The position numbers and the translations under genes were made by a program. Source: Cycas panzhihuaensis (Eukaryota > Plantae > Cycadophyta). Taken from it: DNA of 64,000 bases. The stretch spans positions 162,881,741 through 162,945,740 of the forward strand of contig CM041465.1 of assembly GCA_023213395.1 (NCBI GenBank). The letters run 5' to 3'. Shown here one piece after another: positions 1 through 11,702 of the stretch (positions are counted from its first letter, which is position 1; the number at the start of each line of letters is the position of its first letter). Below the pieces are notes generated by a model. It was not told the origin of the DNA and made no database searches. It was given only the letters and a program-made list of their open reading frames with translations.

Positions 1-983
1 GACTCTATCCTGATAGTAGGATTTTATGTGGATGATCTTGTTTATACTAGAAATGACTCCCACTTATTACGACATTTCAAGGATGCTATGTATAAAGAAT
101 TTGATATGACAGATTTAGGACTAATGTATTATTCCCTATGCTTGGAAGTATGGAAAGATAAGAAAGGCATTTTTATTTCCCAATGAAAATATATCTTGGA
201 TTTATTACAAAAGTTCAGGATGACCGACTGAAAATCTTTGACAACTCTAGCAGAAATTAGAATTAAGCTCTTCAAGTCAGATGATTCTACACTAATAGAT
301 CCTACACTTTACAAATAGCTAATTAGCAGCTTAATATATTTTACATCCACTTGACCTGATATAATACATTCAGTTTGTGTTGTGTCTAGATTTATGCAAA
401 ATCCAAAGACCACTCATTGGCAAGCAACAAAACGAATTCTTCATTATCTCAAAGGAACTTTAGAATATATGTTATACTACAAAGCTTCATCAAAATTTTG
501 GTTAATAGGTTATACAAACTTAGATTAGGTAGGAGACATCGATGACAAGAAATCAACTTCAAGTTATATGTTTAGTATGGGATCAATAGCTATAGCATGG
601 AGTACCAAGAAATAAAACATAGTTTCCCTATCTACAATTGAGGCAGAGTATAAAGTAGCATTTGCAGGTGTATGTGAATCAGTATGATTGATAAGACTCC
701 TCCAAGATTTTTGACTAAAACAAAAAGGTCCTACAAGAATTTGGTATGATAATTAAAGTACTATTTAGATGGCAAAGAATTCAGTTTTTATAGTTGAACA
801 AAATACATTGAGACTTAACATCACTTCATTTAAGAATTAGTGCAAGTAAAAGAGATCAAATTATCTTATTGCAGCACTAAAGACCAAGCAATGGATATCT
901 TTACAAAAACATTGGGTAAAGTTAAATTTCAAAATTTTAGAGACAATTTAAGAGTTGTTCACATTGGGCATTATGGAGGAGAG
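1..983 (+). pseudogene. Ty1/Copia element E1: decayed RT-RNase H end of pol, ending in the PPT; 5' part lies outside the window
   Basis: Reads ILIVGFYVDDLVY at 7-45, then RNase H-type motifs (GDIDDKKSTS, SLSTIEAEY, TKYIE, DIFTK) with many stops. Purine tract GGAGGAGAG at 975-983 directly precedes TGTTGGG. Confidence 0.9.
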
Positions 984-1137
984 TGTTGGGATAATACCCA
1001 ATAGACTTATGCTAGTGTGTACCTAGGGCCCCTCAAAGCCACCTTTGGGGCTCCCTAAGGTACCTTAGGCCATATAATATCTGCCATAAGTCACCAAAGG
1101 AGTTAATGCCTCACTATTAAGGTATGTGTTTATTTAT

Positions 1138-1498
1138 TGTTAGCATGGCAGTTAATTATTAAGCTACTTAGTTAATGTTAATGTGGTTTAATTAAGTGAA
1201 AGGGTGCGAAGCCAAAAGGTGCGACTTATTGAGAGGGTCACAACCCTAATCAGGTGACACCTCTTGGAGAGTATAAAAGCCTTGAGGCCTTGTATATTCA
1301 TATCCAAGTATTCATTGTGTAATATCAAGTGATCCGTCAAGGATCCTCTTTGTGGTGGGTTTTTTCCCAAACGGATTACTCACGTAAATACCTATATACT
1401 GTGCATCTATTTTCTATGTTTTTTATTTATTTCTTATTGTATATGGTTAAAGATCCTACATATGGGAACATCAGTGTATGATTTCATGTTCCCGAATA
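1138..1498 (+). repeat. E3 5' LTR
   Basis: TGTTAGCATGGCAG...CCCGAATA, followed by the PBS; matches 7111-7471. Confidence 0.95.
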
Positions 1499-3049
1499 TG
1501 GTATCAGAGCAATAAGGTCCTGTAGAGATGAAGCTTCACAGTGAGTGGGGTGGTGTGATTGTTAGTTATCGAGTGACATCTTTTGACCCAAGACAAGTCT
1601 TAAGGGTCCATCAACTGTAGCATCATGCAAAAGCAGGCACAACAAATCAATGGTGGTTGAAGTGGTGGAAATCACTATTCAACAAAGTGTAAGGGTTATT
1701 AGAGTCAGTATTTAGGCATGAAGATCACGTTCATGGTTAGAGTTGGCTCATTAGTGGTCATCCAAAGTCGGTTGATAATATGTTGAAGTGATTCAAGCAA
1801 ACAAAACATGTACTGATGGTGATTCAGCGACATTGAGGATAGCCATCTATGTACACGAGTAAGTTGGCCATTTTCTCACCAAAAATACTATAAAACTCAA
1901 AAAAGGGAAAAGCCTTTTCTGGTATTTCATTCATCTTGTCTATATAAGGGAGAGATTGGACCCTTTCGAGGATGTTTTCAGCCCTCTACACCAAGATTGG
2001 AGTGAGTGTATAATAGAACATTATATCAAATTATTGTTTTTGAGTTGTAGTATCTTTTTTGGGAGTATGATCCACCTATCTCTGCTATATACATCTTATT
2101 GAGCTTGCATCCTTGTGTTGAGCAATTGTTAGGTTGTTTGTAAGTAGTGTGGAGACTTGTGTACAACTATAAGGCACTATATAGCTAGATAATACTGTGG
2201 TGAAGTGCTTATTAAGTTGGCTGGGTAGTTTTTAGAGCTAGTCAGGCTCTTTCTATGACCATTGGGTGCCTTTTATAGTGGTTGTGGTTAATCTAAGTTA
2301 ACCTAAGTCTGGTACAGGTTGTATTTGGGTGATTCCAGTGGTGGCTAGGCTGTTCTTTCAGTTGTACTTATTATATACAAGCCCAAGGAGAAGAGTAGAC
2401 CCGCATAGTCACTTTTGGCCTGTCTCTTAGTGTGCAGCCTGTGGATACTCATAGCAGTAGTCGCACCTTTATATTGGCATTTTTTTATCATTATTACTAA
2501 TGTTAAAACCTTAGTTTATGATTATATGATTTTGACATCAATTTTAAGCACGTAGGTTTAGTGATAAGTGGACGTCCCTTTTTGTAAAGTCACAATTATT
2601 GGGAATATGCTTTTTAGCATATTCCCCTCAAAGTAAAAATATAAAAAGTGACCCTTTATATATCATTGATATATGAATTTTTATATAGTGTGAAGAACTT
2701 GGATTATATTTGAAGTGTCCTTAACCCATTTTGAGCATGGATTAAGGCATTTTCTATGGATTGTTGACTTGGAGACCATGCACCATCGACGTGTGGAGCC
2801 ATCCTCTATTCTGGAGCACATATTTATAGCTATTATAAGTGTCAGTTGTGATATTTAATGTCTATTTAAGGTCATTTGTTGATGGATAAGAAGGCATAAA
2901 CAGTCAACGGCTCACTTAACGTGGGTATAGTCCATGTTGAGTGCCTTTGGAAGCACACTTGTGGGGCAGAGGAGGACACAAGGGTGCCTTTTCATCCTTA
3001 ATACGTTTATCTGGTGTTGTGTGATTCATATTATAGCCCATTGTTCGAG

Positions 3050-6000
3050 ATGGAGAAGCTCATGCCTAAGGTTATCTTTAACGATAATAATTTCAACAAA
3101 TGGAAGGCTAATATGGAGCTTCTATTGATGGTGAACTAACTCTAGGGAATCACCAAGGCGAAGCTTATTTCAATTCCACTTGACCATAAGGAGTGTATCA
3201 AACTTAAAGAGAAGCAGTTTATGGCTGTTGGATTATTGAAACTCTCACTGGCACCAAACCAGAGGGTACTGGTTTATAATTTGGATGACCCAACTGAGAT
3301 TTAGATGAAGTTGTATGATACTTTTGAGAAGAAGACGAATAGGCATCTTGCACTAATGTTGGAACTACTCAATTCAAAAGTTGAAGATGACAACAATATC
3401 AACTCATACTTGAATAAAATAATCGACTTGAAGAACAAGCTAGAAGAGTTAAAGAAGAACTTGATCGATGATGTGCTCTTGTTTGTGATAATCATATCAA
3501 AGTTGCCAGCTGCATTCACCACATTCTAAACCATTTACAGTAGAGACAAAGTGATAGAGGCAGAAGCTTTTGATGGGTTCAAAAACCTAATTCTAGCAGA
3601 GGATGCCAAGCTAAAACATCATGGATTGCGTGGAGGTTCTAGTTTGAGTCAGGCCTTAGCCATGAAAACTCAGAGGAAGGAGGTCCCTAAGGAGGAGAAG
3701 TTCACATAGCATTCTAGAGAAAGCTCTCAAGACAAGAAGAAGTTTAATGGAAAGTGTAATTATTATAAGAAGGATGGTCACCATAAAAAGAACTATTGGT
3801 TCAAGCGTCGTGACAAGTGCAAAGGTAACCAGGATGATAAAGGAAAGAATGTTGTTGCTCATTGCGTCTGAGTGCAGACCTTGTCAACTAAATCAGATCG
3901 AAGAGACTATTGGGTACTAGATTCTGGAGCATAGAAGCACATCTCTTACCAGAGGTAGAACTTTGATACATTGAAAGCCAATCAAAGTGGTGATGAGATC
4001 ATTCTTAGAGATGCTGGCGTGTTGCCAGTAGATGGTATTGGTGAAGTTTCTATTGTAGAAGGCAAGTTTTCTAGGGTATATTATGTACCCAAGATGTAGT
4101 TGAACCTTCTGTCTGCTTGGGAGATCTACAAACAAGGTATGAAAGTGAAGCTCTATAATGATAAGTGCCTAATAAAGGACCCAAAATAGAACTTTGCTAT
4201 CGTAGCTACTAAGAAAGTCAAGGACAACTTCTGGGTGTTTGAGAAATTTCAATCTCAGAAGAAGTCCTATGCCTTTGTTGCCAGTGTAGATGATAAAAGG
4301 AAACTGTGGCACAATCACCTTGGGCATCTTAATTACAGGAGTATTGCACTACTGAAGAGGTTGAAGATGGTGGAAGGACTATCATCAGTTTCCTGCTCAA
4401 ATAGTGTATACAAAGGTGCATGTATGGCAAGCATCACCGCTATCCTTTTGCTCAGGATAATGCCTAGAGAGCCAAGAAGAAGCTGGAGCTTATGCACTCA
4501 GATATTATGAGACCACTCCCAAACCCTTCGATATCAAGAGCCCGATATACACATGTATTTGTGGATGATTACACCAGGAAAGCCTGGGTTTATTTTCTCA
4601 AGAACAAGTCAGACGTATTTGATCGCTTTCGTGATTGGAAAGCGATGGTTGAAAATGAATGTGATAAGAAAATAAAATCTTTACGAAGTGATAATGGCAA
4701 GGAGTACGACAATCATGTATTTAATCAGTTCTGTTGTAACCATGGTATAAAGCAGGAGTTTACAGTCTCATATACCCCACAATAGAATAGAGTTACTGAA
4801 AGAAAGAACCATACCATGATGGATATAGTGAGATGTATGGTACATGCTAAAAACCTACCACCAAAGTTTTAGGCAAAAGCTGTGGCGATTATTGTTTATA
4901 TTTTGAACAGGGTACCCACTTAGGCAGTTTACAGTATGACCCCCAAAGAGAAATGGACTAGTCGAAAGCCTGCCATTAGCCATTTAAGAATGTTTGGGTG
5001 TATTGCATATACACACATCCCTAACAATACCCAAAAGAAGTTGGATCGAAAACGTTTTAAGTGCATATTCATGGGGTATTGCACGGAGAACAAAGCCTAC
5101 AAACTATGGGATCCATAGGGGGAAAAGATTGTGATCAGTCAGGATGTTAAATTTGATGATTCGTTGATGTATCATGCTGAAAGAGCATTAGAGGAACCTT
5201 TTTACCCTCCCCTTCTCCCATTCCCATATTCTTCAAGTGAAGAGGATGATGTGTCAGTCACTATAGTACTTGAGGAAGAAGGACTGAGTGGGATGAGTAA
5301 TAATGATGAGCCACTACGAGAAGAAGTACCTCTAACAATGGGTCTTTCTATACCTTTATAGGCAAGGAAAACTCTTGAAGATTCTGGTGTGGCGATGCAA
5401 ACCCTACCTGATGACAGACGAACCAAAAGTCAGCATGCGAGTCAAACTCTGTTGGTAAACACCAATGACTCCAGTGATCCTAATTTGTTTACTGAAGCAA
5501 AAGGAGATCCACGATGGAGAGCTGCAATGGAGGAAGAGTATGGTTCTTTGCTGAAGAACGATACATAGGATTTGGTTCCACTCTTTCTATCGAAGAACCT
5601 TGTAAGATGCAAGTGGGTCTATAAGACAAAGTTTCACTCCGATGGAGAGGTGGACAAGTATAAGGCCAGACTTGTTGCATAAGGATTCAAGCAAAAAGAA
5701 GGAATTGATTATGAGGAGATGTTTGCACCAGTCTCTAAAATGACAACGGTCTGCTTACTCATTTCCTTAGCAGCTATGTTAGATTGGGAGTTATACGAAA
5801 TGGACGTTAAGTCCACATTCCTTAATGGGGATCTAAAGGAGGAGATATACATATCGTAGCCTCTGGGATTCATTAAGGAGGGCCAGGAGTATCTTTTTTA
5901 CCATTTGAAGAAATCAATCTCTAGCCTAAAATAAGCACCTTGTGCTTGGTATAAGAAGATGGATGCCAAGTTGAAAGTCAAAGGTTTTGAAATTTTAGAA

Positions 6001-7000
6001 CTTGAGCCGAACCTGTATGTGAAGAGAAGAGGGACTTCTGTAGTTGCTCGCATGGTCTATATGGATGATCTAATCATCAGTGGTAATCGTGGTAAGGTTA
6101 TAGATGAATTCAAATCTAATTTGGAAGCTTTGTTTGACATGATGAATCTCAGGGAACTTCACTATTTCTTGGGCATTCAGATTAGGTAGATGGAAGATAG
6201 GATCGTGTTGTTGCAATCGCAGTATATAAAGAACTTACTGGAGAGATTTAGAATGCAGCACTGTAAACCTATTGCACCACCATATGTAAAAGGCATAAGG
6301 TTGCAGAAGGACATGGTCCAACCTTTTGTAGATGGTACTAAGTATCGCCAGTTAGTAGGGAGTCTTATCTATTTAATTTATACTAGGCCAGATATCGCCT
6401 ATGTTGTTGGATTAGTTTCCCGCTACATGTAGAATCCTCAGGAACCTCATTTGGTGGTAGCAAGGCAGATTCTAAAATATTTGAAGGGGATAATCAATCT
6501 TGGTCTTGAATACCATAGAGGTGAGAAGATCATGTTGCATGGCTACATGGATGTTGATTGGGGAGGAGATTCTGATGATCAGTAGTCCACTACTGGATAT
6601 TTGTTTAGTATTGGAAATGGATTTGTTTCGTGATAGTCAAAAAAGTAGTAGACAATGGCATTATCTTCTACAAAAGTAGAATATCAACTACTCAGTGCTA
6701 GTGCAAAAGAAGTAGTATGGTTGCAAGGTCTCTTGGAATTTCTTGGTGTTTCCAATGGACATCTTATTCTCTTTGTTGATAATCAGAGTACCATTTGCCT
6801 ATTGAAGAATCCATAGTTTCATGCACATACGAAGCATATCGAGATTCAACACCATTACATTTATGAATAGATCAAGTTAGGGAAGTTGTAGGTTGACTAT
6901 TGTCCAAGTGAATTACAACTTGCAAATGTGTTCACCAAGCCACTTACTAAAGATCAATTCACAAAGATGCGTACCGGATTAGGGCTCACTAATGTTATCC
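3050..7000 (+). pseudogene. E3 gag-pol polyprotein pseudogene
   Basis: MEKLMPKVIFNDNNFNKWK start; CNYYKKDGHHKKN zinc-knuckle relic; WVLDSGA protease; LWHNHLGHLN; VFVDDYTRKAWVYFLKNKS and LRSDNGKEY integrase; YKARLVA and YMDDLII RT; RNase H. Many premature stops and frameshifts. Confidence 0.93.
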
Positions 7001-7110
7001 TTGAGGGGGGATGTATCAACAAGGATAAAGAAGCTACAGGATAGTCCCAGCCTTTGTGATAACTCAACTGCTACACATTGCAGATTCTCCACATTCATAT
7101 GAAAGGGGGA

Positions 7111-7471
7111 TGTTAGCGTGGCAGTTAATTATTAAGCCACTTAATTAATATTAATGTGGTTTAATTAAGTGAAAGGGTGCGAAGCCAAAAGGTATGACTT
7201 ATTCAGAGGATCAAAATCCTAATCAGGTGACACCTCTTGGAGAGTATAAAAGCCTTGAGGCCTTGTATATTCATATCTAAGTATTCATTGTGTAATATCA
7301 AGCGATCCATCAAGGATCCTCTTTGTGGTGGGTTTTTTCCCGAAAGGGCTTCCCACATAAATACTTGTGTACTGTGCATATGTTTTCTGTGTTTTCTATT
7401 TGTTGCTTATTGTGTATGGTTAAAGATCCTACATATGGGAACATCAGTGTATGATTTCATGTTCCTGAATA
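7111..7471 (+). repeat. E3 3' LTR
   Basis: TGTTAGCGTGGCAG...CCTGAATA, preceded by the PPT and followed by the TSD. Confidence 0.95.
7328..7356 (+). promoter_or_regulatory. ENE-like hairpin in E3 LTR (degenerate copy at 1355-1383)
   Basis: GTGGG TTTTTT CCC GAAA GGG CTT CCCAC: two stems flanking a U-rich internal loop. Confidence 0.65.
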
Positions 7472-7976
7472 TTTATTATTTATTATTTTTTAATATTAAT
7501 TTGAATTTAGGTAGGTCGAGTTGAGGCACTTATTGCCTCCCCAAAATTACTTATAAAAGGGGTGGGAATACCTCCAGGTATTTTTTAACACTGCCAAAGT
7601 TTATTCTAAATTATTAACTCTTACTTGTAAACTATACACTCGTTAATGTAAAATAGTCTTGCTCTGCACCTTACATCCTTCAATCTAAATAAAGTAGGAT
7701 CCTCTACTTTAAACCAAAGTGTCCCTAAGTAAGTATAAAAGGCATATGACCCTTCAAATATTTTATACACTAACTTTAAGAGAAAAACTACAAGATCTCA
7801 AAGGGTAAATTTTACTTTGATGACTCAAGTTATGGAGTCCAATGAGACTTATAACTTTGAAGAGGCTAATACCTAGGATGAATAGAATCAAGCTATGAAA
7901 GAAGAATATAATACCTTTGTCAAAAATACCATATGGAAGTTAATGGATTTTCCACCAAATAGATGCTATTGGAACT

Positions 7977-10900
7977 TGGAATCATACCTATGGGGGGGGG
8001 GGTAACCACACTTGGATAAGATCAAACCAAACAATAAAAGGTTCTAAGGCTGAGGATCTTATGGGGTAAGTGAGAGAATCACCCACAAAGGGTGTTCGTG
8101 CATCAGAACGCAGGTTCGAGACCCGGAAATGGCACGCGAATTTCCTTTGAAGTAACTCTATCTCGATTGGGAGTGATAAAGAGATGAGGGATATCCTCGG
8201 TTTACTGAGTAACCTTGAAAGATGAGCACTTCCGCCCTTAGATGGGAGGAGAGGATAGGCGAGGGAATGGCTCCTCATGCGAAAAGGGGATATGAGAGAG
8301 GTGGTTCTAAGTAGGAAATAAGGACAATACGCACTCGCAAGGGATGGGGAAGGTGATCGATCCAACAAGTGTAGAAGCTACCTAAAGGTAACACTAGGGT
8401 GGTCTAGCTACAGTAAATGAAACAATGACTAAAGAAAAAAGGGGACCCTTGAAAGGGAGATGCCCTTAAGGCGTTGCACCTAAGGTGGTCGCCTAAGGTG
8501 GTCTTAGGAGTGTGAGTTGTTAATAGAAATGTTTTAATACTTTTTCATGTGGATTGCTATACAAAGTATGTACTAATGAGGTTGTATATGCAATAATATG
8601 TTCTTGTGCACAAGAAAGTTCTTTCAAACGAAGGAAAATAATAGCATAAACAAAAACACTCATTCACTCACGCATGTATATCCTCGCTCTCATTAACTTT
8701 TAAATGTGAAAAAAGAAGAGAACTAATAAGGTAGTTATGTGTGATGCAGGATGTATGCAAAGAATGCAAGTTCAACAAACCGTGCAACAAGTAAGTGTGT
8801 AATAAATATGACCCTTATTTTATGCACTTTGTCAAATAAGAAAAGCAAGCTAACTAAGTGTAAATGGTATATACAAATTCCCTTTCTTTTTTTTCCCTTT
8901 AAGTGATATATGGGGTGAAGGAAGGAAAGCAGAAGAAAGAGGACTAAAGGAAGTGAGGGGTATACCTAGAGGCTAGGCAGCCCAAGGAGAACTACCCCTT
9001 ATTTTATTCACTGTCCTTGTGCTACTCCCAACCACGAATGGTGTGAAAAAGTGGTGCTGGCAAAGGATGGTAGGGGCTTCCTTACCTTTCCCAAATCAAA
9101 AGGAAAACAAAAAAGAGAAGGAAAGAGTTATAATGAAAAGGACTCAAAAGAATTGGCAATCGGAAAGGTAGGAAAGTACCTGGATCAGAATGCCTTTTTT
9201 CTTCTCCATGCATAGTAAGGAGGGAACCTACAACCAAACAAAATTTTCCCTTTCCCACAAGGTAGCAAGAATAGAGAGGATATATGTGCAATATATAGAA
9301 TAGTATGATGCAAACTATCTAAGTTAAAAGAAACATTTGCAACACAAGATCAACTCTTAGCTCCTTTTTTTATGCTAATTTGTAAAGAATATAGAAAAGG
9401 GGCTACGAGGAGAAAGGGTATGGTTAGTCTTCGAATGGCTAACCCTTCCAAGTCTGTGATACTCCATGTTGTCCAAGTACCAAAGTGGCCAAGTAAGCCA
9501 AATATAACAAAACCTTGAGATGTAAACAACAGGTTACATGCGAGATTACATGTGTTGTCAATGTTTCAAAAGTTGCAAAGTGCAACTTTTGTAGCCTCAA
9601 ACTAGCCTAATACTAAGTTGCAGGTAGGGTATGGTTTAGGGTTGTAATCCCTCTCATGTAAGGTTAGCAAAGCTGAGAGCGAGTGTAGCAATGGGCTACA
9701 TACGCTGCTACTAGCAATGACCTCTCTTCCAATAGCCCTTTGGAAGCCCAAGGGAAGCATAAAGAAGGAAGAGGTAGGGAGAGAAGGGGGTTGCCCTTGA
9801 GGAGAAGGCTCGTTGGGTACGGAACCCACCTTTACTCCTTTCACTCTTCTTTGAAGCCTCTTCCTTGCTGGCTCCTTGGAGAAACCAAGGAAGAGCTGGA
9901 AGGAAATAATAAGAAAGGGAGGGTTTGCCTCCCATTTACAGTAGAAAAATTGGAGAAAGAAAGTGTTGTAGAAAGTATACAAACAACTTTTTCAAAACTT
10001 AAAAGAAGAAAAGTAGAATAAAGGATGATGTGTACCTATTATGGGTAGATTAGGGGTAGATGTACCTAGAAAATAAGGGAGGAAGGCTAGCCTTGTGGGG
10101 TTTACCAGTGAAACCCCAAAGGAGTAGCAAATTGGAGATAAAACTGGAATAAGATAGGAGATCTATGCTTGACGGTGTACTTGGAGTGTGTCTTTCCTTT
10201 AGTTAGCCATGTTGTAGTCCTATTGTTGTGGATCTAGAGCTGCAGAGGATCGGTATTAAGCTGAGAAGTTGATGTGTTAGACCTATATTATTGCAGGGCA
10301 TTTCTGTAGAAAGGTTCCAAGAGTGAGTGAGAGAGAGTTTTGAGAGAGTGGAAGAGGCAGAAATGAGGCCATTTTTGGGTTTTTAAACCTAACCCTAGCT
10401 CAATTGAGTGATCAGGGTTAGGCCTGGGCTAGGAATACGTCTCTGCCATGTGGCAATTTTGTAATAAATGTGAAATTAGCCATGGCAGATTTTGAAAAAT
10501 AAAATATGATAGCCACCCCATGGTAAACTTTACAGTACCACAAAGTTTGTGGCAGTACTGTGATCTTTATCACTATGCAGAAGAAAAATAATAAAAGGAA
10601 GTTTAAAAGCTCAGGAAAAGGGGGATGCTTCAGGCCTAAGGGGCAGATAGTCATGGGACCTAAGAAACCTACAATATGTGAAATATCAAAGATAAGAAGC
10701 TCCCCAAAAGTTAATAAGTAAGTAAAAAGATGCCAACCATGCCTTGGCGAGGTGCTAAGGGTCAAGGTGTGTCGATGGGCAATGCGATCAGGCTGTAAGA
10801 GCTAATTAGTAGTTGGGGACAATGCAGAGCTATATAGGAGGGTTGTGGAGCGCCATGGGATACATATCCCTAGATCGTCATAAGCTGAAGCGATGTAATG

Positions 10901-11074
10901 CAGCATGATCAAGTAGTGAATGTATAATGATCACTCAATGAACCAAATAGTCATGTAATGGAAATGAAATGCTTTAATCCACCTCTAGTAGAATTGATGA
11001 AGGTGAGGGATAGAAGTGTACCTATACTTACCTGAGTCGACCCATCCACACTGATTCTTGGTAACTGGGAAACA
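7977..11074 (-). repeat. 3' LTR (3098 bp) of the Tat-like element
   Basis: Bounded by the PPT and the TSD. Minus-strand TTTAAAAA followed by a CT-rich tract near 10330-10385 suggests the transcription start. Confidence 0.85.
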
Positions 11075-11570
11075 TTGCCCCCTTGGTAGCAAAGCCTCGC
11101 TGCTCGAAAGCGTAACACGATGGTAAATGTTGGCAATAAAATGTTAGTAATATATACACAAAGCACCAATGATAAGATCTAAGGGTGATGGCGAGTGCCA
11201 TGGCAGAATGCGTGGGTATAGTGATGAGGAAGAGAAGATGTAGGGGCTACCTATGCATTGCTTTGAGGTTAATAGGTAGAGAAATGGATGAGAGCGGATG
11301 CCCCCCCATTACATGAATGCAAAGAAACTAATGGTTGTAAACATGACTTTAGTCAAATAAATGTTGTAAAAGAGGTGTTACAGATATATAAGGACTACAG
11401 TGATGAGGGTTATATACCAAGAGTGGCACAGATGATAGGGTGAAGAAAGTAAACCTAGTCGTCACCATAGTTTAACCGCATTAGTGGCCAGCTTTCGGAG
11501 GTGTGAACAGGTCATAACACAGGGAAGGGATGATCCAAAACTTAGGTGCTTGGGTGACCAGATAAGTTTC

Positions 11571-11702
11571 TTAAGGGGGATCATCGAGGAGAGGGAGGCA
11601 ACACTCAAGGATGAGATGAACAAGGCCATCCACCTTAGCGTTGCAATCCTGAGGGATATGTTGGATATCGACGAAAGGGAAATAAGACAAAAGGGATAGC
11701 AC
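11571..11702 (-). pseudogene. C-terminal relic of an additional (archaeal-like) RNase H domain
   Basis: Hand translation gives VLSLLSYFPFVDIQHIPQDCNAKVDGLVHLILECCLPLLDDPP*, which resembles the RNase HI C-terminal motif F..I.HIPR..N..AD.LA. Confidence 0.65.

Larger units (their letters stand above)
1138..7471 (+). mobile_element. Full-length Ty1/Copia LTR retrotransposon E3 (decayed), 361-bp LTRs, TSD TTTAT
   Basis: LTRs 1138-1498 and 7111-7471 are closely similar. PBS TGGTATCAGAGC (tRNA-iMet) at 1499-1510, PPT GAAAGGGGGA at 7101-7110, TSD TTTAT at 1133-1137 and 7472-7476. Domain order is gag-PR-INT-RT-RH. Confidence 0.97.
984..7756 (+). repeat. 3' LTR of Copia E1 (about 434 bp: 984-1137 plus 7477-~7756), split by insertion of element E3
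   Basis: Starts TGTTGGGATAATACCC after the PPT and resumes after the TTTAT TSD with a TATA-like TTATAAAAGG. Probable end GACCCTTCA at 7756, after which E2 coding sequence resumes. The right end is approximate. Confidence 0.6.

Noticed and set aside
1054-1069. Perfect 16-bp palindrome CCTAAGGTACCTTAGG in the E1 LTR
   Set aside because: Single occurrence with no second LTR copy to test conservation; such palindromes are common in U3 regions.
8055-8130. Functional tRNA gene
   Set aside because: No acceptor stem or 7-nt anticodon loop; kept only as a tRNA-like finding.
11484-11699. Plus-strand 71-aa helical-looking ORF as an antisense accessory gene
   Set aside because: It is the reverse-strand shadow of the RNase H relic and ends at the deletion junction.
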